From: Tubulanus polymorphus
Lineage: Eukaryota; Animalia; Nemertea
Length of the DNA: 64,000 bases
Reading direction: 5' to 3'
Assembly: GCF_964204645.1 (NCBI RefSeq)
Contig: NC_134035.1
Span: forward strand, 7,782,451 to 7,846,450
Below the pieces are notes generated by a model, which saw nothing but the letters and a program-made list of their open reading frames with translations, made no database searches and was not told where the DNA came from. The position numbers and the translations under genes are program-made. Below, in pieces: positions 52,913 through 64,000 of the stretch. Position 1 is the stretch's first letter, and each line of letters opens with the position of its first letter.

Positions 52913-53348
52913 AACAAAACGTATAAATCTAACCGCTTTGATATTACCTTCTCGATAGGATCGCCACCTCAGCGAGGCATCCACTTTTTATGTCTCTTTT
53001 AACACAGTTTCAATTGCTCAACTGATAAAACCAGGTACAATTATCCATTCGCTCCATCGAAAGATGTAGAAACAAACGCCTTTCCCTTCGCTCAAGGATC
53101 GGCGTTGAATAAGGCGGAGGAAACTATGAGAACAGCTACTTAGCAACACAATCTGTGACGTCACATTACCAGAAAACATCCAATCTTCTATCTAACAAAG
53201 TATCGATTTGGGAATATATCCGCGACAACAAAATTTTGACAGCTTCGTTCAACTAATGGCGAAAACAAACAAGCAAATAAACAAACAAATAAACGGCTGT
53301 TTGCGAGTGCTTTTAATTTTTGAAATAAATCGAGCAAAATTTGAAAAA

Positions 53349-53467
53349 AGTCTACAGCACCCGGTATTCCCAGGCGGTCACCCATCCAAGTACTAACCGG
53401 GCCCGACGTTGCTTAACTTCGGTGATCGGACGAGAACCGGTGCTTTCAACGTGGTATGGCCGTAGAC
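53349..53467 (-). rRNA. 5S rRNA
   Basis: array copy. Confidence 0.97.
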
Positions 53468-53905
53468 AACAAAACGTATAAATCTAACCGTTTTGATATT
53501 ACCTTCTCGATAGGATCGCCACCTCAGCGAGGCATCCACTTTTTATGTCTCTTTTAACACAGTTTCAATTGCTCAACTGATAAAACCAGGTACAATTATC
53601 CATTCGCTCCATCGAAAGATGTAGAAACAAACGCCTTTCCCTTCGCTCAAGGATCGGCGTTGAATAAGGCGGAGGAAACTATGAGAACAGCTACTTAGCA
53701 ACACAATCTGTGACGTCACATTACCAGAAAACATCCAATCTTCTATCTCTAACAAAGTATCGATTTGGGAATATATCTGCGACAACAAAATTTTGACGGC
53801 TTCGTTCAACTAATGGCGAAAACGAACAAGCAAATAAACAAACAAATAAACGGCTGTTTACGAGTGCTTTTAATTTTTGAAATAAATCGAGCAAAATTTG
53901 AAAAA

Positions 53906-54024
53906 AGTCTACAGCACCCGGTATTCCCAGGCGGTCACCCATCCAAGTACTAACCGGGCCCGACGTTGCTTAACTTCGGTGATCGGACGAGAACCGGTGC
54001 TTTCAACGTGGTATGGCCGTAGAC
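53906..54024 (-). rRNA. 5S rRNA
   Basis: array copy. Confidence 0.97.
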
Positions 54025-54460
54025 AACAAAACGTATAAATCTAACCGTTTTGATATTACCTTCTCGATAGGATCGCCACCTCAGCGAGGCATCCACTTTT
54101 TATGTCTCTTTTAACACAGTTTCAATTGCTCAACTGATAAAACCAGGTACAATTATCCATTCGCTCCATCGAAAGATGTAGAAACAAACGCCTTTCCCTT
54201 CGCTCAAGGATCGGCGTTGAATAAGGCGGAGGAAACTATGAGAACAGCTACTTAGCAACACAATCTGTGACGTCACATTACCAGAAAACATCCAATCTTC
54301 TATCTAACAAAGTATCGATTTGGGAATATATCTGCGACAACAAAATTTTGACGGCTTCGTTCAACTAATGGCGAAAACGAACAAGCAAATAAACAAACAA
54401 ATAAACGGCTGTTTACGAGTGCTTTTAATTTTTGAAATAAATCGAGCAAAATTTGAAAAA

Positions 54461-54579
54461 AGTCTACAGCACCCGGTATTCCCAGGCGGTCACCCATCCA
54501 AGTACTAACCGGGCCCGACGTTGCTTAACTTCGGTGATCGGACGAGAACCGGTGCTTTCAACGTGGTATGGCCGTAGAC
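54461..54579 (-). rRNA. 5S rRNA
   Basis: array copy. Confidence 0.97.
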
Positions 54580-55017
54580 AACAAAACGTATAAATCTAAC
54601 CGTTTTGATATTACCTTCTCGATAGGATCGCCACCTCAGCGAGGCATCCACTTTTTATGTCTCTTTTAACACAGTTTCAATTGCTCAACTGATAAAACCA
54701 GGTACAATTATCCATTCGCTCCATCGAAAGATGTAGAAACAAACGCCTTTCCCTTCGCTCAAGGATCGGCGTTGAATAAGGCGGAGGAAACTATGAGAAC
54801 AGCTACTTAGCAACACAATCTGTGACGTCACATTACCAGAAAACATCCAATCTTCTATCTCTAACAAAGTATCGATTTGGGAATATATCTGCGACAACAA
54901 AATTTTGACGGCTTCGTTCAACTAATGGCGAAAACGAACAAGCAAATAAACAAACAAATAAACGGCTGTTTACGAGTGCTTTTAATTTTTGAAATAAATC
55001 GAGCAAAATTTGAAAAA

Positions 55018-55136
55018 AGTCTACAGCACCCGGTATTCCCAGGCGGTCACCCATCCAAGTACTAACCGGGCCCGACGTTGCTTAACTTCGGTGATCGGAC
55101 GAGAACCGGTGCTTTCAACGTGGTATGGCCGTAGAC
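55018..55136 (-). rRNA. 5S rRNA
   Basis: array copy. Confidence 0.97.
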
Positions 55137-55572
55137 AACAAAACGTATAAATCTAACCGTTTTGATATTACCTTCTCGATAGGATCGCCACCTCAGCGAG
55201 GCATCCACTTTTTATGTCTCTTTTAACACAGTTTCAATTGCTCAACTGATAAAACAAGGTACAATTATCCATTCGCTCCATCGAAAGATGTAGAAACAAA
55301 CGCCTTTCCCTTCGCTCAAGGATCGGCGTTGAATAAGGCGGAGGAAACTATGAGAACAGCTACTTAGCAACACAATCTGTGACGTCACATTACCAGAAAA
55401 CATCCAATCTTCTATCTAACAAAGTATCGATTTGGGAATATATCCGCGACAACAAAATTTTGACAGCTTCGTTCAACTAATGGCGAAAACAAACAAGCAA
55501 ATAAACAAACAAATAAACGGCTGTTTGCGAGTGCTTTTAATTTTTGAAATAAATCGAGCAAAATTTGAAAAA

Positions 55573-55691
55573 AGTCTACAGCACCCGGTATTCCCAGGCG
55601 GTCACCCATCCAAGTACTAACCGGGCCCGACGTTGCTTAACTTCGGTGATCGGACGAGAACCGGTGCTTTCAACGTGGTATGGCCGTAGAC
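55573..55691 (-). rRNA. 5S rRNA
   Basis: array copy. Confidence 0.97.
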
Positions 55692-56129
55692 AACAAAACG
55701 TATAAATCTAACCGTTTTGATATTACCTTCTCGATAGGATCGCCACCTCAGCGAGGCATCCACTTTTTATGTCTCTTTTAACACAGTTTCAATTGCTCAA
55801 CTGATAAAACCAGGTACAATTATCCATTCGCTCCATCGAAAGATGTAGAAACAAACGCCTTTCCCTTCGCTCAAGGATCGGCGTTGAATAAGGCGGAGGA
55901 AACTATGAGAACAGCTACTTAGCAACACAATCTGTGACGTCACATTACCAGAAAACATCCAATCTTCTATCTCTAACAAAGTATCGATTTGGGAATATAT
56001 CTGCGACAACAAAATTTTGACGGCTTCGTTCAACTAATGGCGAAAACGAACAAGCAAATAAACAAACAAATAAACGGCTGTTTACGAGTGCTTTTAATTT
56101 TTGAAATAAATCGAGCAAAATTTGAAAAA

Positions 56130-56248
56130 AGTCTACAGCACCCGGTATTCCCAGGCGGTCACCCATCCAAGTACTAACCGGGCCCGACGTTGCTTAACTT
56201 CGGTGATCGGACGAGAACCGGTGCTTTCAACGTGGTATGGCCGTAGAC
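56130..56248 (-). rRNA. 5S rRNA
   Basis: array copy. Confidence 0.97.
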
Positions 56249-56684
56249 AACAAAACGTATCAATCTAACCGTTTTGATATTACCTTCTCGATAGGATCGC
56301 CACCTCAGCGAGGCATCCACTTTTTATGTCTCTTTTAACACAGTTTCAATTGCTCAACTGATAAAACCAGGTACAATTATCCATTCGCTCCATCGAAAGA
56401 TGTAGAAACAAACGCCTTTCCCTTCGCTCAAGGATCGGCGTTGAATAAGGCGGAGGAAACTATGAGAACAGCTACTTAGCAACACAATCTGTGACGTCAC
56501 ATTACCAGAAAACATCCAATCTTCTATCTAACAAAGTATCGATTTGGGAATATATCCGCGACAACAAAATTTTGACAGCTTCGTTCAACTAATGGCGAAA
56601 ACAAACAAGCAAATAAACAAACAAATAAACGGCTGTTTGCGAGTGCTTTTAATTTTTGAAATAAATCGAGCAAAATTTGAAAAA

Positions 56685-56803
56685 AGTCTACAGCACCCGG
56701 TATTCCCAGGCGGTCACCCATCCAAGTACTAACCGGGCCCGACGTTGCTTAACTTCGGTGATCGGACGAGAACCGGTGCTTTCAACGTGGTATGGCCGTA
56801 GAC
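56685..56803 (-). rRNA. 5S rRNA
   Basis: array copy. Confidence 0.97.
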
Positions 56804-57241
56804 AACAAAACGTATAAATCTAACCGTTTTGATATTACCTTCTCGATAGGATCGCCACCTCAGCGAGGCATCCACTTTTTATGTCTCTTTTAACACAGTT
56901 TCAATTGCTCAACTGATAAAACCAGGTACAATTATCCATTCGCTCCATCGAAAGATGTAGAAACAAACGCCTTTCCCTTCGCTCAAGGATCGGCGTTGAA
57001 TAAGGCGGAGGAAACTATGAGAACAGCTACTTAGCAACACAATCTGTGACGTCACATTACCAGAAAACATCCAATCTTCTATCTCTAACAAAGTATCGAT
57101 TTGGGAATATATCTGCGACAACAAAATTTTGACGGCTTCGTTCAACTAATGGCGAAAACGAACAAGCAAATAAACAAACAAATAAACGGCTGTTTACGAG
57201 TGCTTTTAATTTTTGAAATAAATCGAGCAAAATTTGAAAAA

Positions 57242-57360
57242 AGTCTACAGCACCCGGTATTCCCAGGCGGTCACCCATCCAAGTACTAACCGGGCCCGAC
57301 GTTGCTTAACTTCGGTGATCGGACGAGAACCGGTGCTTTCAACGTGGTATGGCCGTAGAC
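57242..57360 (-). rRNA. 5S rRNA
   Basis: array copy. Confidence 0.97.
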
Positions 57361-57798
57361 AACAAAACGTATCAATCTAACCGTTTTGATATTACCTTCT
57401 CGATAGGATCGCCACCTCAGCGAGGCATCCACTTTTTATGTCTCTTTTAACACAGTTTCAATTGCTCAACTGATAAAACCAGGTACAATTATCCATTCGC
57501 TCCATCGAAAGATGTAGAAACAAACGCCTTTCCCTTCGCTCAAGGATCGGCGTTGAATAAGGCGGAGGAAACTATGAGAACAGCTACTTAGCAACACAAT
57601 CTGTGACGTCACATTACCAGAAAACATCCAATCTTCTATCTCTAACAAAGTATCGATTTGGGAATATATCTGCGACAACAAAATTTTGACGGCTTCGTTC
57701 AACTAATGGCGAAAACGAACAAGCAAATAAACAAACAAATAAACGGCTGTTTGCGAGTGCTTTTAATTTTTGAAATAAATCGAGCAAAATTTGAAAAA

Positions 57799-57917
57799 AG
57801 TCTACAGCACCCGGTATTCCCAGGCGGTCACCCATCCAAGTACTAACCGGGCCCGACGTTGCTTAACTTCGGTGATCGGACGAGAACCGGTGCTTTCAAC
57901 GTGGTATGGCCGTAGAC
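57799..57917 (-). rRNA. 5S rRNA
   Basis: array copy. Confidence 0.97.
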
Positions 57918-58353
57918 AACAAAACGTATAAATCTAACCGTTTTGATATTACCTTCTCGATAGGATCGCCACCTCAGCGAGGCATCCACTTTTTATGTCT
58001 CTTTTAACACAGTTTCAATTGCTCAACTGATAAAACCAGGTACAATTATCCATTCGCTCCATCGAAAGATGTAGAAACAAACGCCTTTCCCTTCGCTCAA
58101 GGATCGGCGTTGAATAAGGCGGAGGAAACTATGAGAACAGCTACTTAGCAACACAATCTGTGACGTCACATTACCAGAAAACATCCAATCTTCTATCTAA
58201 CAAAGTATCGATTTGGGAATATATCTGCGACAACAAAATTTTGACAGCTTCGTTCAACTAATGGCGAAAACAAACAAGCAAATAAACAAACAAATAAACG
58301 GCTGTTTGCGAGTGCTTTTAATTTTTGAAATAAATCGAGCAAAATTTGAAAAA

Positions 58354-58472
58354 AGTCTACAGCACCCGGTATTCCCAGGCGGTCACCCATCCAAGTACTA
58401 ACCGGGCCCGACGTTGCTTAACTTCGGTGATCGGACGAGAACCGGTGCTTTCAACGTGGTATGGCCGTAGAC
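58354..58472 (-). rRNA. 5S rRNA
   Basis: array copy. Confidence 0.97.
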
Positions 58473-58908
58473 AACAAAACGTATAAATCTAACCGTTTTG
58501 ATATTACCTTCTCGATAGGATCGCCACCTCAGCGAGGCATCCACTTTTTATGTCTCTTTTAACACAGTTTCAATTGCTCAACTGATAAAACCAGGTACAA
58601 TTATCCATTCGCTCCATCGAAAGATGTAGAAACAAACGCCTTTCCCTTCGCTCAAGGATCGGCGTTGAATAAGGCGGAGGAAACTATGAGAACAGCTACT
58701 TAGCAACACAATCTGTGACGTCACATTACCAGAAAACATCCAATCTTCTATCTAACAAAGTATCGATTTGGGAATATATCCGCGACAACAAAATTTTGAC
58801 AGCTTCGTTCAACTAATGGCGAAAACAAACAAGCAAATAAACAAACAAATAAACGGCTGTTTGCGAGTGCTTTTAATTTTTGAAATAAATCGAGCAAAAT
58901 TTGAAAAA

Positions 58909-59027
58909 AGTCTACAGCACCCGGTATTCCCAGGCGGTCACCCATCCAAGTACTAACCGGGCCCGACGTTGCTTAACTTCGGTGATCGGACGAGAACCGG
59001 TGCTTTCAACGTGGTATGGCCGTAGAC
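58909..59027 (-). rRNA. 5S rRNA
   Basis: array copy. Confidence 0.97.
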
Positions 59028-59465
59028 AACAAAACGTATAAATCTAACCGTTTTGATATTACCTTCTCGATAGGATCGCCACCTCAGCGAGGCATCCACT
59101 TTTTATGTCTCTTTTAACACAGTTTCAATTGCTCAACTGATAAAACCAGGTACAATTATCCATTCGCTCCATCGAAAGATGTAGAAACAAACGCCTTTCC
59201 CTTCGCTCAAGGATCGGCGTTGAATAAGGCGGAGGAAACTATGAGAACAGCTACTTAGCAACACAATCTGTGACGTCACATTACCAGAAAACATCCAATC
59301 TTCTATCTCTAACAAAGTATCGATTTGGGAATATATCTGCGACAACAAAATTTTGACGGCTTCGTTCAACTAATGGCGAAAACGAACAAGCAAATAAACA
59401 AACAAATAAACGGCTGTTTACGAGTGCTTTTAATTTTTGAAATAAATCGAGCAAAATTTGAAAAA

Positions 59466-59584
59466 AGTCTACAGCACCCGGTATTCCCAGGCGGTCACCC
59501 ATCCAAGTACTAACCGGGCCCGACGTTGCTTAACTTCGGTGATCGGACGAGAACCGGTGCTTTCAACGTGGTATGGCCGTAGAC
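59466..59584 (-). rRNA. 5S rRNA
   Basis: array copy. Confidence 0.97.
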
Positions 59585-60022
59585 AACAAAACGTATCAAT
59601 CTAACCGTTTTGATATTACCTTCTCGATAGGATCGCCACCTCAGCGAGGCATCCACTTTTTATGTCTCTTTTAACACAGTTTCAATTGCTCAACTGATAA
59701 AACCAGGTACAATTATCCATTCGCTCCATCGAAAGATGTAGAAACAAACGCCTTTCCCTTCGCTCAAGGATCGGCGTTGAATAAGGCGGAGGAAACTATG
59801 AGAACAGCTACTTAGCAACACAATCTGTGACGTCACATTACCAGAAAACATCCAATCTTCTATCTCTAACAAAGTATCGATTTGGGAATATATCTGCGAC
59901 AACAAAATTTTGACGGCTTCGTTCAACTAATGGCGAAAACGAACAAGCAAATAAACAAACAAATAAACGGCTGTTTGCGAGTGCTTTTAATTTTTGAAAT
60001 AAATCGAGCAAAATTTGAAAAA

Positions 60023-60141
60023 AGTCTACAGCACCTGGTATTCCCAGGCGGTCACCCATCCAAGTACTAACCGGGCCCGACGTTGCTTAACTTCGGTGAT
60101 CGGACGAGAACCGGTGCTTTCAACGTGGTATGGCCGTAGAC
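60023..60141 (-). rRNA. 5S rRNA, variant G106A
   Basis: c>t at 60036. Confidence 0.95.
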
Positions 60142-60577
60142 AACAAAACGTATAAATCTAACCGTTTTGATATTACCTTCTCGATAGGATCGCCACCTCA
60201 GCGAGGCATCCACTTTTTATGTCTCTTTTAACACAGTTTCAATTGCTCAACTGATAAAACCAGGTACAATTATCCATTCGCTCCATCGAAAGATGTAGAA
60301 ACAAACGCCTTTCCCTTCGCTCAAGGATCGGCGTTGAATAAGGCGGAGGAAACTATGAGAACAGCTACTTAGCAACACAATCTGTGACGTCACATTACCA
60401 GAAAACATCCAATCTTCTATCTAACAAAGTATCGATTTGGGAATATATCTGCGACAACAAAATTTTGACAGCTTCGTTCAACTAATGGCGAAAACAAACA
60501 AGCAAATAAACAAACAAATAAACGGCTGTTTGCGAGTGCTTTTAATTTTTGAAATAAATCGAGCAAAATTTGAAAAC

Positions 60578-60696
60578 AGTCTACAGCACCCGGTATTCCC
60601 AGGCGGTCACCCATCCAAGTACTAACCGGGCCCGACGTTGCTTAACTTCGGTGATCGGACGAGAACCGGTGCTTTCAACGTGGTATGGCCGTAGAC
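60578..60696 (-). rRNA. 5S rRNA with interrupted terminator (TGTTTT)
   Basis: a>c at 60577. Confidence 0.95.
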
Positions 60697-61134
60697 AACA
60701 AAACGTATAAATCTAACCGTTTTGATATTACCTTCTCGATAGGATCGCCACCTCAGCGAGGCATCCACTTTTTATGTCTCTTTTAACACAGTTTCAATTG
60801 CTCAACTGATAAAACCAGGTACAATTATCCATTCGCTCCATCGAAAGATGTAGAAACAAACGCCTTTCCCTTCGCTCAAGGATCGGCGTTGAATAAGGCG
60901 GAGGAAACTATGAGAACAGCTACTTAGCAACACAATCTGTGACGTCACATTACCAGAAAACATCCAATCTTCTATCTCTAACAAAGTATCGATTTGGGAA
61001 TATATCTGCGACAACAAAATTTTGACGGCTTCGTTCAACTAATGGCGAAAACGAACAAGCAAATAAACAAACAAAAAAACGGCTGTTTACGAGTGCTTTT
61101 AATTTTTGAAATAAATCGAGCAAAATTTGAAAAA

Positions 61135-61253
61135 AGTCTACAGCACCCGGTATTCCCAGGCGGTCACCCATCCAAGTACTAACCGGGCCCGACGTTGCTT
61201 AACTTCGGTGATCGGACGAGAACCGGTGCTTTCAACGTGGTATGGCCGTAGAC
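61135..61253 (-). rRNA. 5S rRNA (31-bp deletion upstream at -40..-70)
   Basis: array copy; deletion junction at 61292/61293. Confidence 0.96.
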
Positions 61254-61660
61254 AACAAAACGTATCAATCTAACCGTTTTGATATTACCTTCACTTTTTA
61301 TGTCTCTTTTAACACAGTTTCAATTGCTCAACTGATAAAACCAGGTACAATTATCCATTCGCTCCATCGAAAGATGTAGAAACAAACGCCTTTCCCTTCG
61401 CTCAAGGATCGGCGTTGAATAAGGCGGAGGAAACTATGAGAACAGCTACTTAGCAACACAATCTGTGACGTCACATTACCAGAAAACATCCAATCTTCTA
61501 TCTCTAACAAAGTATCGATTTGGGAATATATCTGCGACAACAAAATTTTGACGGCTTCGTTCAACTAATGGCGAAAACAAACAAGCAAATAAACAAACAA
61601 ATAAACGACTGTTTACGAGTGCTTTTAATTTTTGAAATAAATCGAGCAAAATTTGAAAAA

Positions 61661-61779
61661 AGTCTACAGCACCCGGTATTCCCAGGCGGTCACCCATCCA
61701 AGTACTAACCGGGCCCGACGTTGCTTAACTTCGGTGATCGGACGAGAACCGGTGCTTTCAACGTGGTATGGCCGTAGAC
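61661..61779 (-). rRNA. 5S rRNA
   Basis: array copy. Confidence 0.97.
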
Positions 61780-62217
61780 AACAAAACGTATAAATCTAAC
61801 CGTTTTGATATTACCTTCTCGATAGGATCGCCACCTCAGCGAGGCATCCACTTTTTATGTCTCTTTTAACACAGTTTCAATTGCTCAACTGATAAAACCA
61901 GGTACAATTATCCATTCGCTCCATCGAAAGATGTAGAAACAAACGCCTTTCCCTTCGCTCAAGGATCGGCGTTGAATAAGGCGGAGGAAACTATGAGAAC
62001 AGCAACTTAGCAACACAATCTGTGACGTCACATTACCAGAAAACATCCAATCTTCTATCTCTAACAAAGTATCGATTTGGGAATATATCTGCGACAACAA
62101 AATTTTGACGGCTTCGTTCAACTAATGGCGAAAACGAACAAGCAAATAAACAAACAAATAAACGGCTGTTTACGAGTGCTTTTAATTTTTGAAATAAATC
62201 GAGCAAAATTTGAAAAA

Positions 62218-62336
62218 AGTCTACAGCACCCGGTATTCCCAGGCGGTCACCCATCCAAGTACTAACCGGGCCCGACGTTGCTTAACTTCGGTGATCGGAC
62301 GAGAACCGGTGCTTTCAACGTGGTATGGCCGTAGAC
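62218..62336 (-). rRNA. 5S rRNA
   Basis: array copy. Confidence 0.97.
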
Positions 62337-62772
62337 AACAAAACGTATCAATCTAACCGTTTTGATATTACCTTCTCGACAGGATCGCCACCTCAGCGAG
62401 GCATCCACTTTTTATGTCTCTTTTAACACAGTTTCAATTGCTCAACTGATAAAACCAGGTACAATTATCCATTCGCTCCATCGAAAGATGTAGAAACAAA
62501 CGCCTTTCCCTTCGCTCAAGGATCGGCGTTGAATAAGGCGGAGGAAACTATGAGAACAGCTACTTAGCAACACAATCTGTGACGTCACATTACCAGAAAA
62601 CATCCAATCTTCTATCTAACAAAGTATCGATTTGGGAATATATCTGCGACAACAAAATTTTGACAGCTTCGTTCAACTAATGGCGAAAACAAACAAGCAA
62701 ATAAACAAACAAATAAACGGCTGTTTGCGAGTGCTTTTAATTTTTGAAATAAATCGAGCAAAATTTGAAAAA

Positions 62773-62891
62773 AGTCTACAGCACCCGGTATTCCCAGGCG
62801 GTCACCCATCCAAGTACTAACCGGGCCCGACGTTGCTTAACTTCGGTGATCGGACGAGAACCGGTGCTTTCAACGTGGTATGGCCGTAGAC
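62773..62891 (-). rRNA. 5S rRNA
   Basis: array copy. Confidence 0.97.
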
Positions 62892-63329
62892 AACAAAACG
62901 TATAAATCTAACCGTTTTGATATTACCTTCTCGATAGGATCGCCACCTCAGCGAGGCATCCACTTTTTATGTCTCTTTTAACACAGTTTCAATTGCTCAA
63001 CTGATAAAACCAGGTACAATTATCCATTCGCTCCATCGAAAGATGTAGAAACAAACGCCTTTCCCTTCGCTCAAGGATCGGCGTTGAATAAGGCGGAGGA
63101 AACTATGAGAACAGCTACTTAGCAACACAATCTGTGACGTCACATTACCAGAAAACATCCAATCTTCTATCTCTAACAAAGTATCGATTTGGGAATATAT
63201 CTGCGACAACAAAATTTTGACGGCTTCGTTCAACTAATGGCGAAAACGAACAAGCAAATAAACAAACAAATAAACGGCTGTTTACGAGTGCTTTTAATTT
63301 TTGAAATAAATCGAGCAAAATTTGAAAAA

Positions 63330-63448
63330 AGTCTACAGCACCCGGTATTCCCAGGCGGTCACCCATCCAAGTACTAACCGGGCCCGACGTTGCTTAACTT
63401 CGGTGATCGGACGAGAACCGGTGCTTTCAACGTGGTATGGCCGTAGAC
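63330..63448 (-). rRNA. 5S rRNA
   Basis: array copy. Confidence 0.97.
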
Positions 63449-63886
63449 AACAAAACGTATAAATCTAACCGTTTTGATATTACCTTCTCGATAGGATCGC
63501 CACCTCAGCGAGGCATCCACTTTTTATGTCTCTTTTAACACAGTTTCAATTGCTCAACTGATAAAACCAGGTACAATTATCCATTCGCTCCATCGAAAGA
63601 TGTAGAAACAAACGCCTTTCCCTTCGCTCAAGGATCGGCGTTGAATAAGGCGGAGGAAACTATGAGAACAGCTACTTAGCAACACAATCTGTGACGTCAC
63701 ATTACCAGAAAACATCCAATCTTCTATCTCTAACAAAGTATCGATTTGGGAATATATCTGCGACAACAAAATTTTGACAGCTTCGTTCAACTAATGGCGT
63801 AAACAAACAAGCAAATAAACAAACAAATAAACGGCTGTTTGCGAGTGCTTTTAATTTTTGAAATAAATCGAGCAAAATTTGAAAAA

Positions 63887-64000
63887 AGTCTACAGCACCC
63901 GGTATTCCCAGGCGGTCACCCATCCAAGTACTAACCGGGCCCGACGTTGCTTAACTTCGGTGATCGGACGAGAACCGGTGCTTTCAACGTGGTATGGCCG
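63887..64000 (-). rRNA. 5S rRNA (partial; first 5 nt outside window)
   Basis: array copy truncated by window edge. Confidence 0.95.

Larger units (their letters stand above)
1..64000 (-). repeat. 5S rDNA tandem array, ~115 units of 555-558 bp (5S gene + spacer), extending beyond both window edges
   Basis: Near-identical unit recurs every 555-558 bp across the window (ORF-track period 555/557), with no interruption. Confidence 0.99.

Noticed and set aside
1-64000. CRISPR-like or variable-cassette array
   Set aside because: Spacers are ~99% identical to one another, there are no unique inserts or cas genes, and the repeat is a eukaryotic 5S gene.
1-64000. Inserted mobile element or inversion in the array
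   Set aside because: Unit spacing never exceeds 558 bp and orientation is constant throughout.

Overview
The whole window is one uninterrupted head-to-tail 5S rDNA tandem array from an animal. From memory the 5S sequence resembles lophotrochozoan (mollusc/annelid/brachiopod-like) 5S; this was not checked by search. The unit is 555-558 bp (one 526-bp deletion unit): a ~119-nt 5S rRNA gene on the minus strand (GTCTACGGCCATACCACGTTG...GGTGCTGTAGAC, then a T6 Pol III terminator) plus a ~437-bp spacer. I count 116 gene copies: 114 complete and 2 cut by the window edges. All listed ORFs are repeat-derived and not credible genes. I saw no transposon, tRNA, recognisable snRNA or CRISPR array. The finer structure consists of recombining spacer haplotypes, higher-order duplications of 10, 11, 4 and 2 units marked by rare SNPs, about 20 variant 5S copies (some hitting the internal promoter), a 31-bp deletion that removes a spacer hairpin, and a CRE palindrome in nearly every spacer. 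There is also a weak, unproven SL/Sm-RNA-like motif arrangement on the opposite strand. I found no convincing novel system.
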